64,000 nucleotides of DNA from a virus (Duplodnaviria > Caudoviricetes), in the IMG/VR virus record IMGVR_UViG_3300037478_000646, positions 1 to 64,000 of that record. One strand, 5' to 3'. Within the stretch, counting starts at the first letter, position 1; each line of letters starts with the position of its first letter. Position numbers and translations under genes: made by a program. Shown here in pieces: positions 9,358-18,006 of this stretch. The notes beneath the pieces were generated by a model. It made no database searches, was not told where the DNA came from, and worked only from the letters and a program-made list of their open reading frames with translations.

Positions 9358-9386
9358 AAGATAGGTATGCACCATATGCACGTCAA
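9358..9386 (-). promoter_or_regulatory. Sigma70-type promoter for the RHH gene (near-leaderless)
   Basis: TTGACG-17 nt-TATCTT ending 6 nt before the ATG at 9351. Confidence 0.5.
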
Positions 9387-9413
9387 TAATAAAAAATAAT
9401 TGTACATTGTGTC

Positions 9414-9446
9414 TTGCAAAACACACAAGACGTGCTATACTATAAT
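9414..9446 (+). promoter_or_regulatory. Sigma70-type early promoter with overlapping inverted repeat
   Basis: TTGCAA-16 nt-TATACT with extended -10 TG, followed by TATAAT; GTCTTG/CAAGAC inverted repeat at 9411-9431 over the -35/spacer. Confidence 0.65.
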
Positions 9447-9539
9447 CATGAAAGGCTCTGGATAGGCGATCGCCGCGACACCCTTAAGCAATAAGCGAAA
9501 GCCTTCAAGGAATGATCTGAACCCCTTGGAGGACTGATA

Positions 9540-9839
9540 ATGACTAATGACCGTTGGCAAATTTGCCCAGCATGCAGCGGAGATGGACATTGCGTTAATC
9601 CAAACATCGACGCACATGGCCTTACCGCCGAAGATTTCGCAGAAGACCCCGACTTTGCCGAAGACTATTTCAGCGGCGCGTATGACCAGCCTTGCGCCGC
9701 ATGCAAGGGTAGCGGCAAGGTTCGCGAAAGCCATTTAAAGCGCTTGGACGAAGCGGCAGAAGATCGGCGCTTGGCTGCTCGCGAGAATGGCGACTTCGAT
9801 GCGTACTGCACGGCCTACGATTACCGATACGGCTACTAA
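9540..9839 (+). CDS. Small early protein with DnaJ-type CxxCxGxG zinc-finger pair
   Basis: CPACSGDG and CAACKGSG; GGAGG RBS. Confidence 0.7.
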   Translation: MTNDRWQICPACSGDGHCVNPNIDAHGLTAEDFAEDPDFAEDYFSGAYDQPCAACKGSGKVRESHLKRLDEAAEDRRLAARENGDFDAYCTAYDYRYGY

Positions 9840-9928
9840 CCCCTCTCGGGACGGCCTTTACTGGTCGTTCCTTGAAGGCTTTCGCTTATGCATCTCTCTT
9901 CAAGGGCAGATCGAACGGAGGATATCCC

Positions 9929-10066
9929 ATGCTCTCAGCAATCCTGATCAACTCACTCGGCTGCAAGCTTGACGAAGTGACCGGCGACGCAGCCGCAATC
10001 CAGAAACGAAACCTGTCATGGCTCGTGACGATCGAGATCGGCGACAAGATCGTATTCTGCGAATGA
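9929..10066 (+). CDS. Small early hypothetical protein (45 aa)
   Basis: GGAGG RBS then ATG at 9929. Confidence 0.55.
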   Translation: MLSAILINSLGCKLDEVTGDAAAIQKRNLSWLVTIEIGDKIVFCE

Positions 10067-10149
10067 CCCTCCTGGCCAGCCTTCGGGCTGTCCTTGAAGG
10101 GAGATGCAAGCGCTCCATCCAAGGGCAACTCGAAACGAGAGGAAAGACT

Positions 10150-10344
10150 ATGTTCAATCTCAAATTCAGCACTGACAATGCCGCATTCGGCGAGAACGAC
10201 GAAGAACGCACCGCCGAAATCGCACGCATTCTACAAGAAGTTTCGGACACGATGCGAGATAGATATGGCTTCTTATCCGGCATCATCCGCGACGAGAACG
10301 GCAATTCGATCGGCGAATGGTCAGTGACCGGGAACGACGACTAA
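10150..10344 (+). CDS. Small early hypothetical protein
   Basis: GAGG RBS; MFNLKFSTDNAAF...EIARIL...IRDENGNSIG, a typical phage early microprotein. Confidence 0.65.
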   Translation: MFNLKFSTDNAAFGENDEERTAEIARILQEVSDTMRDRYGFLSGIIRDENGNSIGEWSVTGNDD

Positions 10345-10429
10345 CCCTCTTGCGGCAGCCCCCGCGGGCTGCCCTTGAATGGAGCGCACCGAAAGCCTTC
10401 TGACGGACCATCCAACCAGGAGGAACGCG

Positions 10430-10666
10430 ATGAAGACGATCGCAAAAAACCGGCTGCACAAGTTCATTCCGCGAATTCGGAACATCAAGAGCTTCACGCT
10501 CGAGAACGGATTCAGGGGCGAAACGGTCGCTGATGAAAACGTAAAACGCTACCTCGACTTTGCCGTCAAGACCGACGCGAAGTTCAGATACAACCCCGAA
10601 ACACTCAAGGGCAGCGCGAAGCATCACAGCAATCACTGGTTCGATTTCGAACTGGCGCCGGAATAA
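10430..10666 (+). CDS. Small early hypothetical protein
   Basis: AGGAGG RBS then ATG. Confidence 0.6.
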   Translation: MKTIAKNRLHKFIPRIRNIKSFTLENGFRGETVADENVKRYLDFAVKTDAKFRYNPETLKGSAKHHSNHWFDFELAPE

Positions 10667-10749
10667 CCTGCTGGGCCATCCTTCGGGATGGTCCTTCAGA
10701 AGGCTTTCACACCGGACTCACAAGGGCAGACCCAACCAGGAGGACGAAT

Positions 10750-10827
10750 ATGTCGAACTTCAGCAAAATCGAAAAAACGTTGCCCGCATTCGTCGAAGCT
10801 CTCAACAAGGCGGACCGCCCTTCATGA
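10750..10827 (+). CDS. Microprotein (25 aa)
   Basis: AGGAGG RBS then MSNFSKIEKTLPAFVEALNKADRPS*. Confidence 0.4.
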   Translation: MSNFSKIEKTLPAFVEALNKADRPS

Positions 10828-10860
10828 ACGTGAATCAGTAGAGCAAAGGAGGAACTGACG

Positions 10861-11064
10861 ATGACACCTGCAGAAAAAGTCGAAGTAATCAAGTACCTCG
10901 CTTGGCACACTTACACCAAATGCACAGGCGAAAACGGCTGCTCGGATCACGTCAAGTACCGAGCGACCCGATTCTTCTTGACCATTTGGCTGTCAATCGA
11001 CGAGAGCACACTTGATGCATTCTTGCTCGATCTGAAACGCCGCGGATACACCATCCCCGGCTAA
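10861..11064 (+). CDS. Small early hypothetical protein
   Basis: AAGGAGG RBS. Confidence 0.55.
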   Translation: MTPAEKVEVIKYLAWHTYTKCTGENGCSDHVKYRATRFFLTIWLSIDESTLDAFLLDLKRRGYTIPG

Positions 11065-11154
11065 CCTCGGCCCCATAGCGGGCCACCTTTCAAAGCGGCC
11101 GATCAGCCGTTTCGATGGGTGAGAACCCAAACACGAAATCAACGGAGAAATCAT

Positions 11155-11424
11155 ATGAAACCAGTTTTGATTACCACACAACATCGCGGCGTCTTTGCCG
11201 GCCTCGTTCCTGACGACCAAGACATGAGCGCAAAATGCATGCCCCTCAAACAAGCCAAAATGGCCATCCGCTGGGGCACGTCCAACGGCGTCATGGAACT
11301 AGCTCATTCCGGCCCGACACAGCACAGCAAAATTTCTCTACCTGCTGACATATCAATGCTCAACGATATCACTGCTATTTTCGATATCACCGAAGTCGCA
11401 TGGGCGAAATGGATGGAGGCTTAA
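11155..11424 (+). CDS. Phage protein, DUF6948-like
   Basis: VLITTQHRGVFAG...AKMAIRWGTSNGVMELAHSGP; a family typically adjacent to Gly-Tyr repeat genes (recalled, not searched). Confidence 0.55.
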   Translation: MKPVLITTQHRGVFAGLVPDDQDMSAKCMPLKQAKMAIRWGTSNGVMELAHSGPTQHSKISLPADISMLNDITAIFDITEVAWAKWMEA

Positions 11425-11428
11425 TCCG

Positions 11429-11980
11429 ATGGATGACCTCATAATCACCCGCGATGACCTCATTAAAGGCAATCTCTGTCTCGATGGCGTGAATGAGGTC
11501 ATCGACAGAATTTGGCCAATTGCAGCGGCGATGCCAATTAAAACCATTCTGCCGAAACTCGATAAAAACGAACAACATCGGCTTTTGATCGCAATAAAAG
11601 CCGATGGCTCTGGCTATGGCTCTGGCTATGGCTATGGCTCTGGCTATGGCGATGGCTATGGCTCTGGCTATGGCTATGGCGATGGCGATGGCTATGGCTA
11701 TGGCTATGGCTCTGGCTCTGGCTATGGCTCTGGCTCTGGCTATGGCTATGGCTCTGGCTCTGGCTATGGCTATGGCTCTGGCTCTGGCTATGGCTATGGC
11801 TCTGGCTATGGCTATGGCGATGGCTATGGCTCTGGCTATGGCTATGGCTATGGCTATGGCTCTGGCGATGGCTATGGCTATGGCTCTGGCTATGGCTATG
11901 GCGATGGCGATGGCTATGGCTATGGCTCTGGCTATGGCTATGGCGATGGCGATGGCTATGGCTCTGGCTATGGCGAATAA
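11429..11980 (+). CDS. Phage protein with C-terminal Gly-Tyr-Gly-Ser/Asp low-complexity tract
   Basis: ITRDDL...CLDG N-terminus, then about 120 aa of GY/GS/GD dipeptides. Confidence 0.7.
   Translation: MDDLIITRDDLIKGNLCLDGVNEVIDRIWPIAAAMPIKTILPKLDKNEQHRLLIAIKADGSGYGSGYGYGSGYGDGYGSGYGYGDGDGYGYGYGSGSGYGSGSGYGYGSGSGYGYGSGSGYGYGSGYGYGDGYGSGYGYGYGYGSGDGYGYGSGYGYGDGDGYGYGSGYGYGDGDGYGSGYGE
11603..11974 (+). repeat. Hexamer tandem repeat (GGCTAT/GGCTCT/GGCGAT)
   Basis: About 60 tandem 6-mers using only these three variants. Confidence 0.95.
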
Positions 11981-12070
11981 CACAAAAATTCTACGGGCCG
12001 CATTATGCGGCCCGCCCATCAAAGCAACCTCAACAGATTGTTTCGATGGGCGGCTCCAGAGAGGAAACAA

Positions 12071-12328
12071 ATGTCAATGACGGATACAGCAAAAGAAGAC
12101 CTGACATCCCAGAAAACCCAAGCCGATGAAATGGCCGGCCTCGAACCGCAATGGGTGGACATCGAAGTGGCCATTCACACCGCACTGATCTCGAAACACG
12201 AGGCCGTGCGCGAAACGTCCCTGCAGCATTTCGTCAAGACGATTGAATCAACCCTGAAAGGCCACGTCACAACCAGCCGGGAACGGCTGGAGGCCGTCGA
12301 AAATCTGATCAAAGCCTTTTCCGCGTAA
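12071..12328 (+). CDS. Small early hypothetical protein
   Basis: GAGG RBS then ATG. Confidence 0.55.
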   Translation: MSMTDTAKEDLTSQKTQADEMAGLEPQWVDIEVAIHTALISKHEAVRETSLQHFVKTIESTLKGHVTTSRERLEAVENLIKAFSA

Positions 12329-12423
12329 CCAATAACAGCATGGAGCCGCCCAGCTCTCAGGCTGATAACACCAATCCTGCCGCGAAGCAGGTTCAACCAG
12401 ACCACAAACCGAAAGGAGGTTTC

Positions 12424-13455
12424 ATGTGGACCCTGGCAAGAGGCGTGACATGTCTCATGCTGGCGATCGCCGCGGGCTCGGCATCGCTATACATGAACGT
12501 CACGTTCGGGCTGACGATCGGCGCAGGCATGGCGCTGGTCTTCGGCCTTGCCGACTGCGTGAAAATCATCGTACCGGTCATGTCCGCCGCGCTTGGCGGA
12601 TGGACGATGAAACGCAGGCTGGCATGGATGACTGCCGTGGTAATGTCCATTATCGCGGCAACATCCTATCTTCTCGAAATGCAGACAACCCGTCTGCTCG
12701 AATCGCAAATGCGCACCGCGACGGTCGCCGACGCCCGCTCGGAGATCGAAAGAATGCGCAAGGAGCTTTCCCTGATCTCCGAGACGTCAGGCATGGCAGC
12801 CCTGACCAAACTCGAAAAGGAAAAACGGGACGCAGCAGACCGTGAAGCCAAGCGCGGCGGATGCGGATCGAACTGCGAAACGCTCATAGGCGAAGCGGAC
12901 AAGTTCCTGGAACGGCTCGGGATGGCCAAGAGGCGCGATCATCTCGAAGCCCAGATCGCCGCGGCCGGCCAGAAAGCCGATGCCGTGCCGGTCAACGCCG
13001 TTGGCGCCTCGAATAGCCTCGCCGCTCTCACCGGAGCGGACCAGGCCCAGGTCGCGATATGGACAGGAATGATCGCCGCATTTCTCGCCATCGTCCTGAC
13101 CGAGATCGTCGCCATGTTCTCAAGCGATGCCGGAACCCTTCTCGCCAGATGGTGGAAGGACCGTAAGGGCAAAACCCGGCCAAAGACCATTACGCCTGCA
13201 ATCACAGATCCGATCAACAAGCCGGAACCAGCCGGCAAGATGACCAAGGATCGCGCCCTGATCACCATCCAGATGATGATCTGGAACTCGCCTGGCAAGG
13301 TGCTCGTCATATCCAGACGGGCGCTGGCTGACCATCTTGACGTCAGCCCCAGCACATTCCATGAATGGTTCAAAGACTGGATCAAGCAGGGCAAGGTGAA
13401 AGCCGAAGGCAACGGCACTTCAACCAAACTCACCGCAGCAAGGAATGCTGCATGA
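12424..13455 (+). CDS. Multi-TM, coiled-coil protein with C-terminal winged-HTH
   Basis: AAGGAGGT RBS; three hydrophobic helices, a coiled coil, a further TM, then SRRALADHLDVSPSTFHEW. Confidence 0.7.
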   Translation: MWTLARGVTCLMLAIAAGSASLYMNVTFGLTIGAGMALVFGLADCVKIIVPVMSAALGGWTMKRRLAWMTAVVMSIIAATSYLLEMQTTRLLESQMRTATVADARSEIERMRKELSLISETSGMAALTKLEKEKRDAADREAKRGGCGSNCETLIGEADKFLERLGMAKRRDHLEAQIAAAGQKADAVPVNAVGASNSLAALTGADQAQVAIWTGMIAAFLAIVLTEIVAMFSSDAGTLLARWWKDRKGKTRPKTITPAITDPINKPEPAGKMTKDRALITIQMMIWNSPGKVLVISRRALADHLDVSPSTFHEWFKDWIKQGKVKAEGNGTSTKLTAARNAA

Positions 13456-13459
13456 TCAG

Positions 13460-13497
13460 CCGGCAGCAGGAAAAACACACCTGCTGCCGGTCCCTTT
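13460..13497 (+). terminator. Intrinsic terminator-like hairpin
   Basis: CCGGCAGCAGG-9 nt-CCTGCTGCCGG followed by TCCCTTTT. Confidence 0.55.
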
Positions 13498-13521
13498 TGC
13501 TTGCGTAACTGGAGAACGAGT

Positions 13522-13743
13522 ATGACCACAAACAACAAACTCAGGTTGATATCCGGTGGGCGTCCGAACCGTGCACAAGATCCGAACGCCTCGGACAGTA
13601 ACGAATCCGTTATACTCTCACTGCCCGAAGACGCATTACGAGACTTCGAAAAGCGTTACGCCACAAGGCACAAAAACTCGCTACTCGAACACACGCAACA
13701 ATTACTCGAACGCATCCGGATTACAGGAAAATGGTTCAACTGA
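13522..13743 (+). CDS. Small hypothetical protein
   Basis: GGAG RBS; 73 aa. Confidence 0.45.
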   Translation: MTTNNKLRLISGGRPNRAQDPNASDSNESVILSLPEDALRDFEKRYATRHKNSLLEHTQQLLERIRITGKWFN

Positions 13744-13917
13744 ATTCGGACATGAAATCCGATTAGTCATCGATAAGCCATCGATGGGACAGACACGACT
13801 GCTGACCTCGGCGCTTAGAAAACCGTTGCTCACTAATGGTTTTTTGAGATGTTGGAATTTTCTAGCGGTTGACAGTAGGCGCAATTGTCCCCATGGATTC
13901 GAGTCATATCGAAAAAA

Positions 13918-14538
13918 TCACGCCTTGACAAGCGTCTTTTTTGCATTTTTTCCAACGGGCTTGAGCATGGCGGATTGCGCGCGCTCAGCCCGCTCAAAAC
14001 GCTCGACATGTGCATGATGCTTGAAGAACTCATCGAGCCGATCGAGCAGGCAAAGGATCACACCGATACCGGAAGCGCGCGCCTGCGCATCATCCTTGTA
14101 GCCGGCGAATATGAAACCGATCCGATCAAGCCCGACAATGCCCGGCCGCGTCAGCTCGTCATAAAGCAGATCCTTGAGCAGCGCGCGTTCCTTCCTGCTC
14201 AGATGCCGATCCATCAGATACTCAAAAAGAACGAGCGGCTCATTCGAATAGGCCGTCGGCGCATTGAACGCGCCCTGGCCGGTAATATCGATCATTTCCG
14301 AATAGGCCGACGTCACCGGCCCGCTCACGCCGGCTGCATCCATGACCATGCGAATGAACAGCGTCCAGGCGCGCTGCTGAACATAGTCCAGCCGGCCGAT
14401 CTTCCAGGCATGCTCGATCGTCGAGCCCCGCCGCGGCCGGAAGATATGTTCCTTCTCCGGCCGGAACAGGAACCGGCTTGATTCGAGATCCACCGCCACA
14501 TAGCGCACCTGCGCCGTTTGCCCCTGCCGCTTCGCCAC
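13918..14538 (-). CDS. Putative late transcription regulator (Q-position protein)
   Basis: Last gene of the replication block; HAWKIGRLDYVQQRAW motif and C-terminal helical pattern. Function inferred from position. Confidence 0.4.
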   Translation of the reverse strand: MAKRQGQTAQVRYVAVDLESSRFLFRPEKEHIFRPRRGSTIEHAWKIGRLDYVQQRAWTLFIRMVMDAAGVSGPVTSAYSEMIDITGQGAFNAPTAYSNEPLVLFEYLMDRHLSRKERALLKDLLYDELTRPGIVGLDRIGFIFAGYKDDAQARASGIGVILCLLDRLDEFFKHHAHVERFERAERAQSAMLKPVGKNAKKTLVKA

Positions 14539-14564
14539 TCAGATTTCCCCCCTGTGAAACCGCC

Positions 14565-16124
14565 TCACGATGCAATCACCCGCCCGGCTGGCTGATACCC
14601 GCCCCGGCCGCGATGCGCACTCGGCTGATTCTGATCGATCCAGGCGCTCAGCTGCTGAAACGTCAAGCGCTCCGGCTCAGGATGACCAAGGCGCCGCGCA
14701 TACCGGACCTGCTTCAGCGTCCCCAGCTGGTTGTCCCTGCGCTTCATGAGGCAATCCAGCACATGACTGGCATGCCCCTTGTTCTGGATCAGGTCCAGAT
14801 CGACGCCCATGTTCTTCAGCACTTCCATCTGCCGATCGGATGCCTGCTGCGTATGCCAGAAGGCTGTCGGCTCCCAATCCCCGAGATCCTCATCGCCGAG
14901 CAGGATCGAGAGCTCGGCAAGCTTCTTCTCGTATGGCGATCGCGTGCTGGCCTCACGCAACTGATCGGCCAGCTTCATGCGCCGATTTTCCTTCAGCTGC
15001 TTCGCCGCCTCGGCCAGCGTGCGGCCCTCTTCCATGAGATCGCTGATGCCGGCCGCATCAGCATCGGTCTCGGCTGCCAGATCGGCCGGCGACAGGATGT
15101 TGTGCTTCTCACATGTGAACATCGGATCCAGAACCAGCAGATCCTTCTTGCCCGGAAACAGCCGCGTCCCGCGACCGACCATCTGGGCCATCATCACCCG
15201 GCTGCGCGTCGGCCGCAGGATCAGCACGCAATCGATCGACGGCTCGTCATACCCCTCGGTCAGCAGGGAGGCATTGGACAGGAACCGGATTTCACCTTTC
15301 TTGAACGCCTCCAGAATCTCGGCCCGGTCCGGACTCTCGCCATCGACATGCTCGGCCGGCAGACCGCGCGCCTGCAGCGCCTGTGTCCACAGCCGCGACG
15401 TATCGCGCAGCGGACAGAACGTCAGGATCTTGCGATCCGAATAATCCTCATCGATGATCCGCGCCAGCTCGTCCAGCATCGGCTCGAGAACATCACCCAG
15501 GCCGCTTTCGGAGAAATCCCCCATATAGGTCTTCACGGTCGACAGATCGATCTCGACCGGCAGCGTCTTCACCTTCACGTCGCACAGATACCCGCGCTCG
15601 ATCAGGTCCAGGATATTGATCGTGTACGGCGTATCGTCGAACAGACTGTTCAGGCTGCGCTTATCCCCGCGATAGGCCGTTGCCGTCACGCCGAGCAACC
15701 GTTGCGGCCGGAAATTGTCGACCACGCTGCCATAAATGTTATCGGCGATCGCATGATGCGCCTCGTCGATCACCAGATCATGAAATGGATTGCCGGCCGG
15801 ATGCCGGTTCATAAACGTCTGCACACTGCCGACCACGATATCATCCGACGGTAGTGCCCGGAACTTGCCCATCTCGACCCCGGCCCGCAAACCGGTCGCC
15901 TGATGGATCTTGTCGACAGCCTGGTCGATCAGCTCTTTCCGATGCGCCATAATGGCCACCCGGCCGCGGCCTTCACCGAGCGCCTGCTCGGCACGCTTGG
16001 CAAAAACGATCGTCTTGCCGCCGCCCGTCGGAATGGACACCAGCGGCGCCCGATACCCCTCGGAATAGGACTTTCCGACCGCCGCCAGACATTCCCTCTG
16101 GTAATCCCTAAGATCCATTCCCAT
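14565..16124 (-). CDS. Superfamily II DEAD/DEAH-box helicase
   Basis: LRDYQ, PTGGGKT, DEAHH, TAT, LTEGYD, QMVGRGTR. Confidence 0.95.
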   Translation of the reverse strand: MGMDLRDYQRECLAAVGKSYSEGYRAPLVSIPTGGGKTIVFAKRAEQALGEGRGRVAIMAHRKELIDQAVDKIHQATGLRAGVEMGKFRALPSDDIVVGSVQTFMNRHPAGNPFHDLVIDEAHHAIADNIYGSVVDNFRPQRLLGVTATAYRGDKRSLNSLFDDTPYTINILDLIERGYLCDVKVKTLPVEIDLSTVKTYMGDFSESGLGDVLEPMLDELARIIDEDYSDRKILTFCPLRDTSRLWTQALQARGLPAEHVDGESPDRAEILEAFKKGEIRFLSNASLLTEGYDEPSIDCVLILRPTRSRVMMAQMVGRGTRLFPGKKDLLVLDPMFTCEKHNILSPADLAAETDADAAGISDLMEEGRTLAEAAKQLKENRRMKLADQLREASTRSPYEKKLAELSILLGDEDLGDWEPTAFWHTQQASDRQMEVLKNMGVDLDLIQNKGHASHVLDCLMKRRDNQLGTLKQVRYARRLGHPEPERLTFQQLSAWIDQNQPSAHRGRGGYQPAGRVIAS

Positions 16125-17623
16125 TACGCTGCCGCCTTTTCCTTGACCTCGATATAATCGAACTTGAGCTTGTCGAATTTGGTCAAAACCTCTCCAGGTT
16201 CGCCCATGGTCTCATGATCCTTACACTTCGCAACTATGATTTTCGACTTCGGAGAAAGCTTCTTGAACAGCTTTTTGTCATCATCCCCGCCAAGCGTTGC
16301 GCGATGAATAACGACGCCATGATCACACTTGTTGAACCAGTGCGCCGAATCGCTGATGTCATACAGCGTTGGCGGGCCCTCCTTGTCGCGCTTTTTCGGA
16401 TGCGCGACGATGATCAGAATCAGCCCATACCGGCGCGCATGCTGCTTCAGCTCAACCAGCGTCTGCTCGACATATTGCGTGATATTGCGCCGCCCGTAAT
16501 CATGCGAGACCTCATTCCACGGATCCAGCACGAAAATCTGACAATTGTGATGCAGCGCCGCCGAGGCCATTTCGGATTTCACGAAATCCATCGTGATCGT
16601 TTCATCTTCAGGCGGCAGCGAAATTCGGAAATGCTCGTCAACCCATTCAATCGCTTCGGCCTGCTGAAGTTCGCGTTCCTCTTCCGTCGCCTGCGTCTTA
16701 TTTCGTAGCGCAAAGCGGATCAGCCCGCGCTTGACCACGTGTGGCGGATCCTCTGGCGTCAGCAGCGCCGTGCGCAGGCTATGACGCTCAGCCATATTGC
16801 AGCAAAGCGAGCGAGCCCATGTCCCCTTGCCATGCCCCGGTATGCCAGTCACGACAACCAGCTCCGGCCGCTTCAGCTTCATACTCCCGTCAAGCCAGCT
16901 CCATCCCGTCGTGTAAATATGCTCAAACTGGCGCGGCGGCAGCTCTGACGGCTTGAGCAGCCGCCCCGGCCGCAAGGGCGCGGCCTTCGCCAGCAGCCGC
17001 CTGACGCCCTCAGAACCCCACCAGACCAGCACATCATTCGCATCCTTGGCATACCGGCCCTCGCTTTCGATCCAGGCCATTGGCGGTATATACCAGCAGC
17101 GACTTTCGCCGATCCGCAAGGCCAGCTCATCACGCAGCCGCAATCCGACCTCATCATCATCCGTCCACAGAATGATCTTCTTGAATTTGTCGATCTCCGG
17201 AATCAGCCGCTCGTTCTCGTCCCAGAGATAGGAAAACCCCTTGTCATCGCCGACAGCGATCTGACGCGAGCTCCTGTCGCTGGGCGGCGTACCGCCATTC
17301 GGCACGCTGACACAATGCACACCGGCGCGCGCTTGAATCACTGCGATCCTGTCCGGCTCCCCCTCGGTAATCACCAGCGCGTCATCCGTACCGTCCGGCA
17401 CGTCAGCGAGATCGTCAATGCCCCACAGGAACAGATCGACGCCGGACGGCTCGATATAGTGATAGGTCTTGGCCTGATCGCGAATCTTCGTGAACTTCAG
17501 CTCGCCGCCCTTCACATAAGCGAACCGGAACTGGCCGTTCACAAAATCAGCCCTGCATTCTATGGCGACTTCCAGATCGAGGGCGCGCGCGCTGAATGCC
17601 TCTTCTGCCGTAATCATACCCAT
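16124..17623 (-). CDS. Toprim primase plus SF4 (DnaB/T7 gp4/Twinkle-like) helicase, lacking the zinc-binding domain
   Basis: ITEGEPD, SVPNG, WTDDDEVG, KDAND (Toprim); TGIPGHGKGT, VLDPWN, IVAHPKK, DISDSAHW (helicase). Confidence 0.9.
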   Translation of the reverse strand: MGMITAEEAFSARALDLEVAIECRADFVNGQFRFAYVKGGELKFTKIRDQAKTYHYIEPSGVDLFLWGIDDLADVPDGTDDALVITEGEPDRIAVIQARAGVHCVSVPNGGTPPSDRSSRQIAVGDDKGFSYLWDENERLIPEIDKFKKIILWTDDDEVGLRLRDELALRIGESRCWYIPPMAWIESEGRYAKDANDVLVWWGSEGVRRLLAKAAPLRPGRLLKPSELPPRQFEHIYTTGWSWLDGSMKLKRPELVVVTGIPGHGKGTWARSLCCNMAERHSLRTALLTPEDPPHVVKRGLIRFALRNKTQATEEERELQQAEAIEWVDEHFRISLPPEDETITMDFVKSEMASAALHHNCQIFVLDPWNEVSHDYGRRNITQYVEQTLVELKQHARRYGLILIIVAHPKKRDKEGPPTLYDISDSAHWFNKCDHGVVIHRATLGGDDDKKLFKKLSPKSKIIVAKCKDHETMGEPGEVLTKFDKLKFDYIEVKEKAAA

Positions 17624-17991
17624 CCGCCCGTTATCGTTCTGCGCAACGGCCGCTGAATCATCCGGCCGGACTTGTAGTTCAGCATGCGGCCGATCACCTT
17701 TTCCGGCCGCTCGATCACCCGTCCGGCCGGTCGCTCGATCACCCGGCCCACATATTCGCTATGCCCGGCGCCGCCATGCGTCGGATCGTAAAACGCATAC
17801 CCATGCCCGCCGCAGTTATTGCAGAACCAGCGCACGCCCTTGTCATTCACGTCGACATGCAAGCATTTCTTTTTCCGGTTTTGCGGCTTGCGATAAGGCG
17901 AACACTTCGGACAGGTGCAGTAGTGATGCTTCCGGCTGTAGTCCCGAAGCACGATTCCGTTTTCCTGACAAATTTCGAACGCTGTCTTCAT
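17614..17991 (-). CDS. Stand-alone primase zinc-binding domain
   Basis: CPKCSPYRK...KCLHV...WFCNNCG, matching the T7/Twinkle ZBD. Confidence 0.75.
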   Translation of the reverse strand: MKTAFEICQENGIVLRDYSRKHHYCTCPKCSPYRKPQNRKKKCLHVDVNDKGVRWFCNNCGGHGYAFYDPTHGGAGHSEYVGRVIERPAGRVIERPEKVIGRMLNYKSGRMIQRPLRRTITGGWV

Positions 17992-18006
17992 GGCCCGCCC
18001 AGCACG

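Larger units (their letters stand above)
9491..10708 (+). repeat. Four gene-bracketing inverted-repeat pairs (18-23 bp) in tandem
   Basis: 9491-9512/9868-9889 (22/22), 9889-9909/10088-10108 (19/21), 10110-10127/10370-10387 (17/18), 10391-10413/10686-10708 (22/23). Confidence 0.85.

Noticed and set aside
11387-12080. Poly-AI and poly-MA ORFs
   Set aside because: Alternative frames of the hexamer tract; the Gly-Tyr frame has a proper start and a non-repetitive N-terminus
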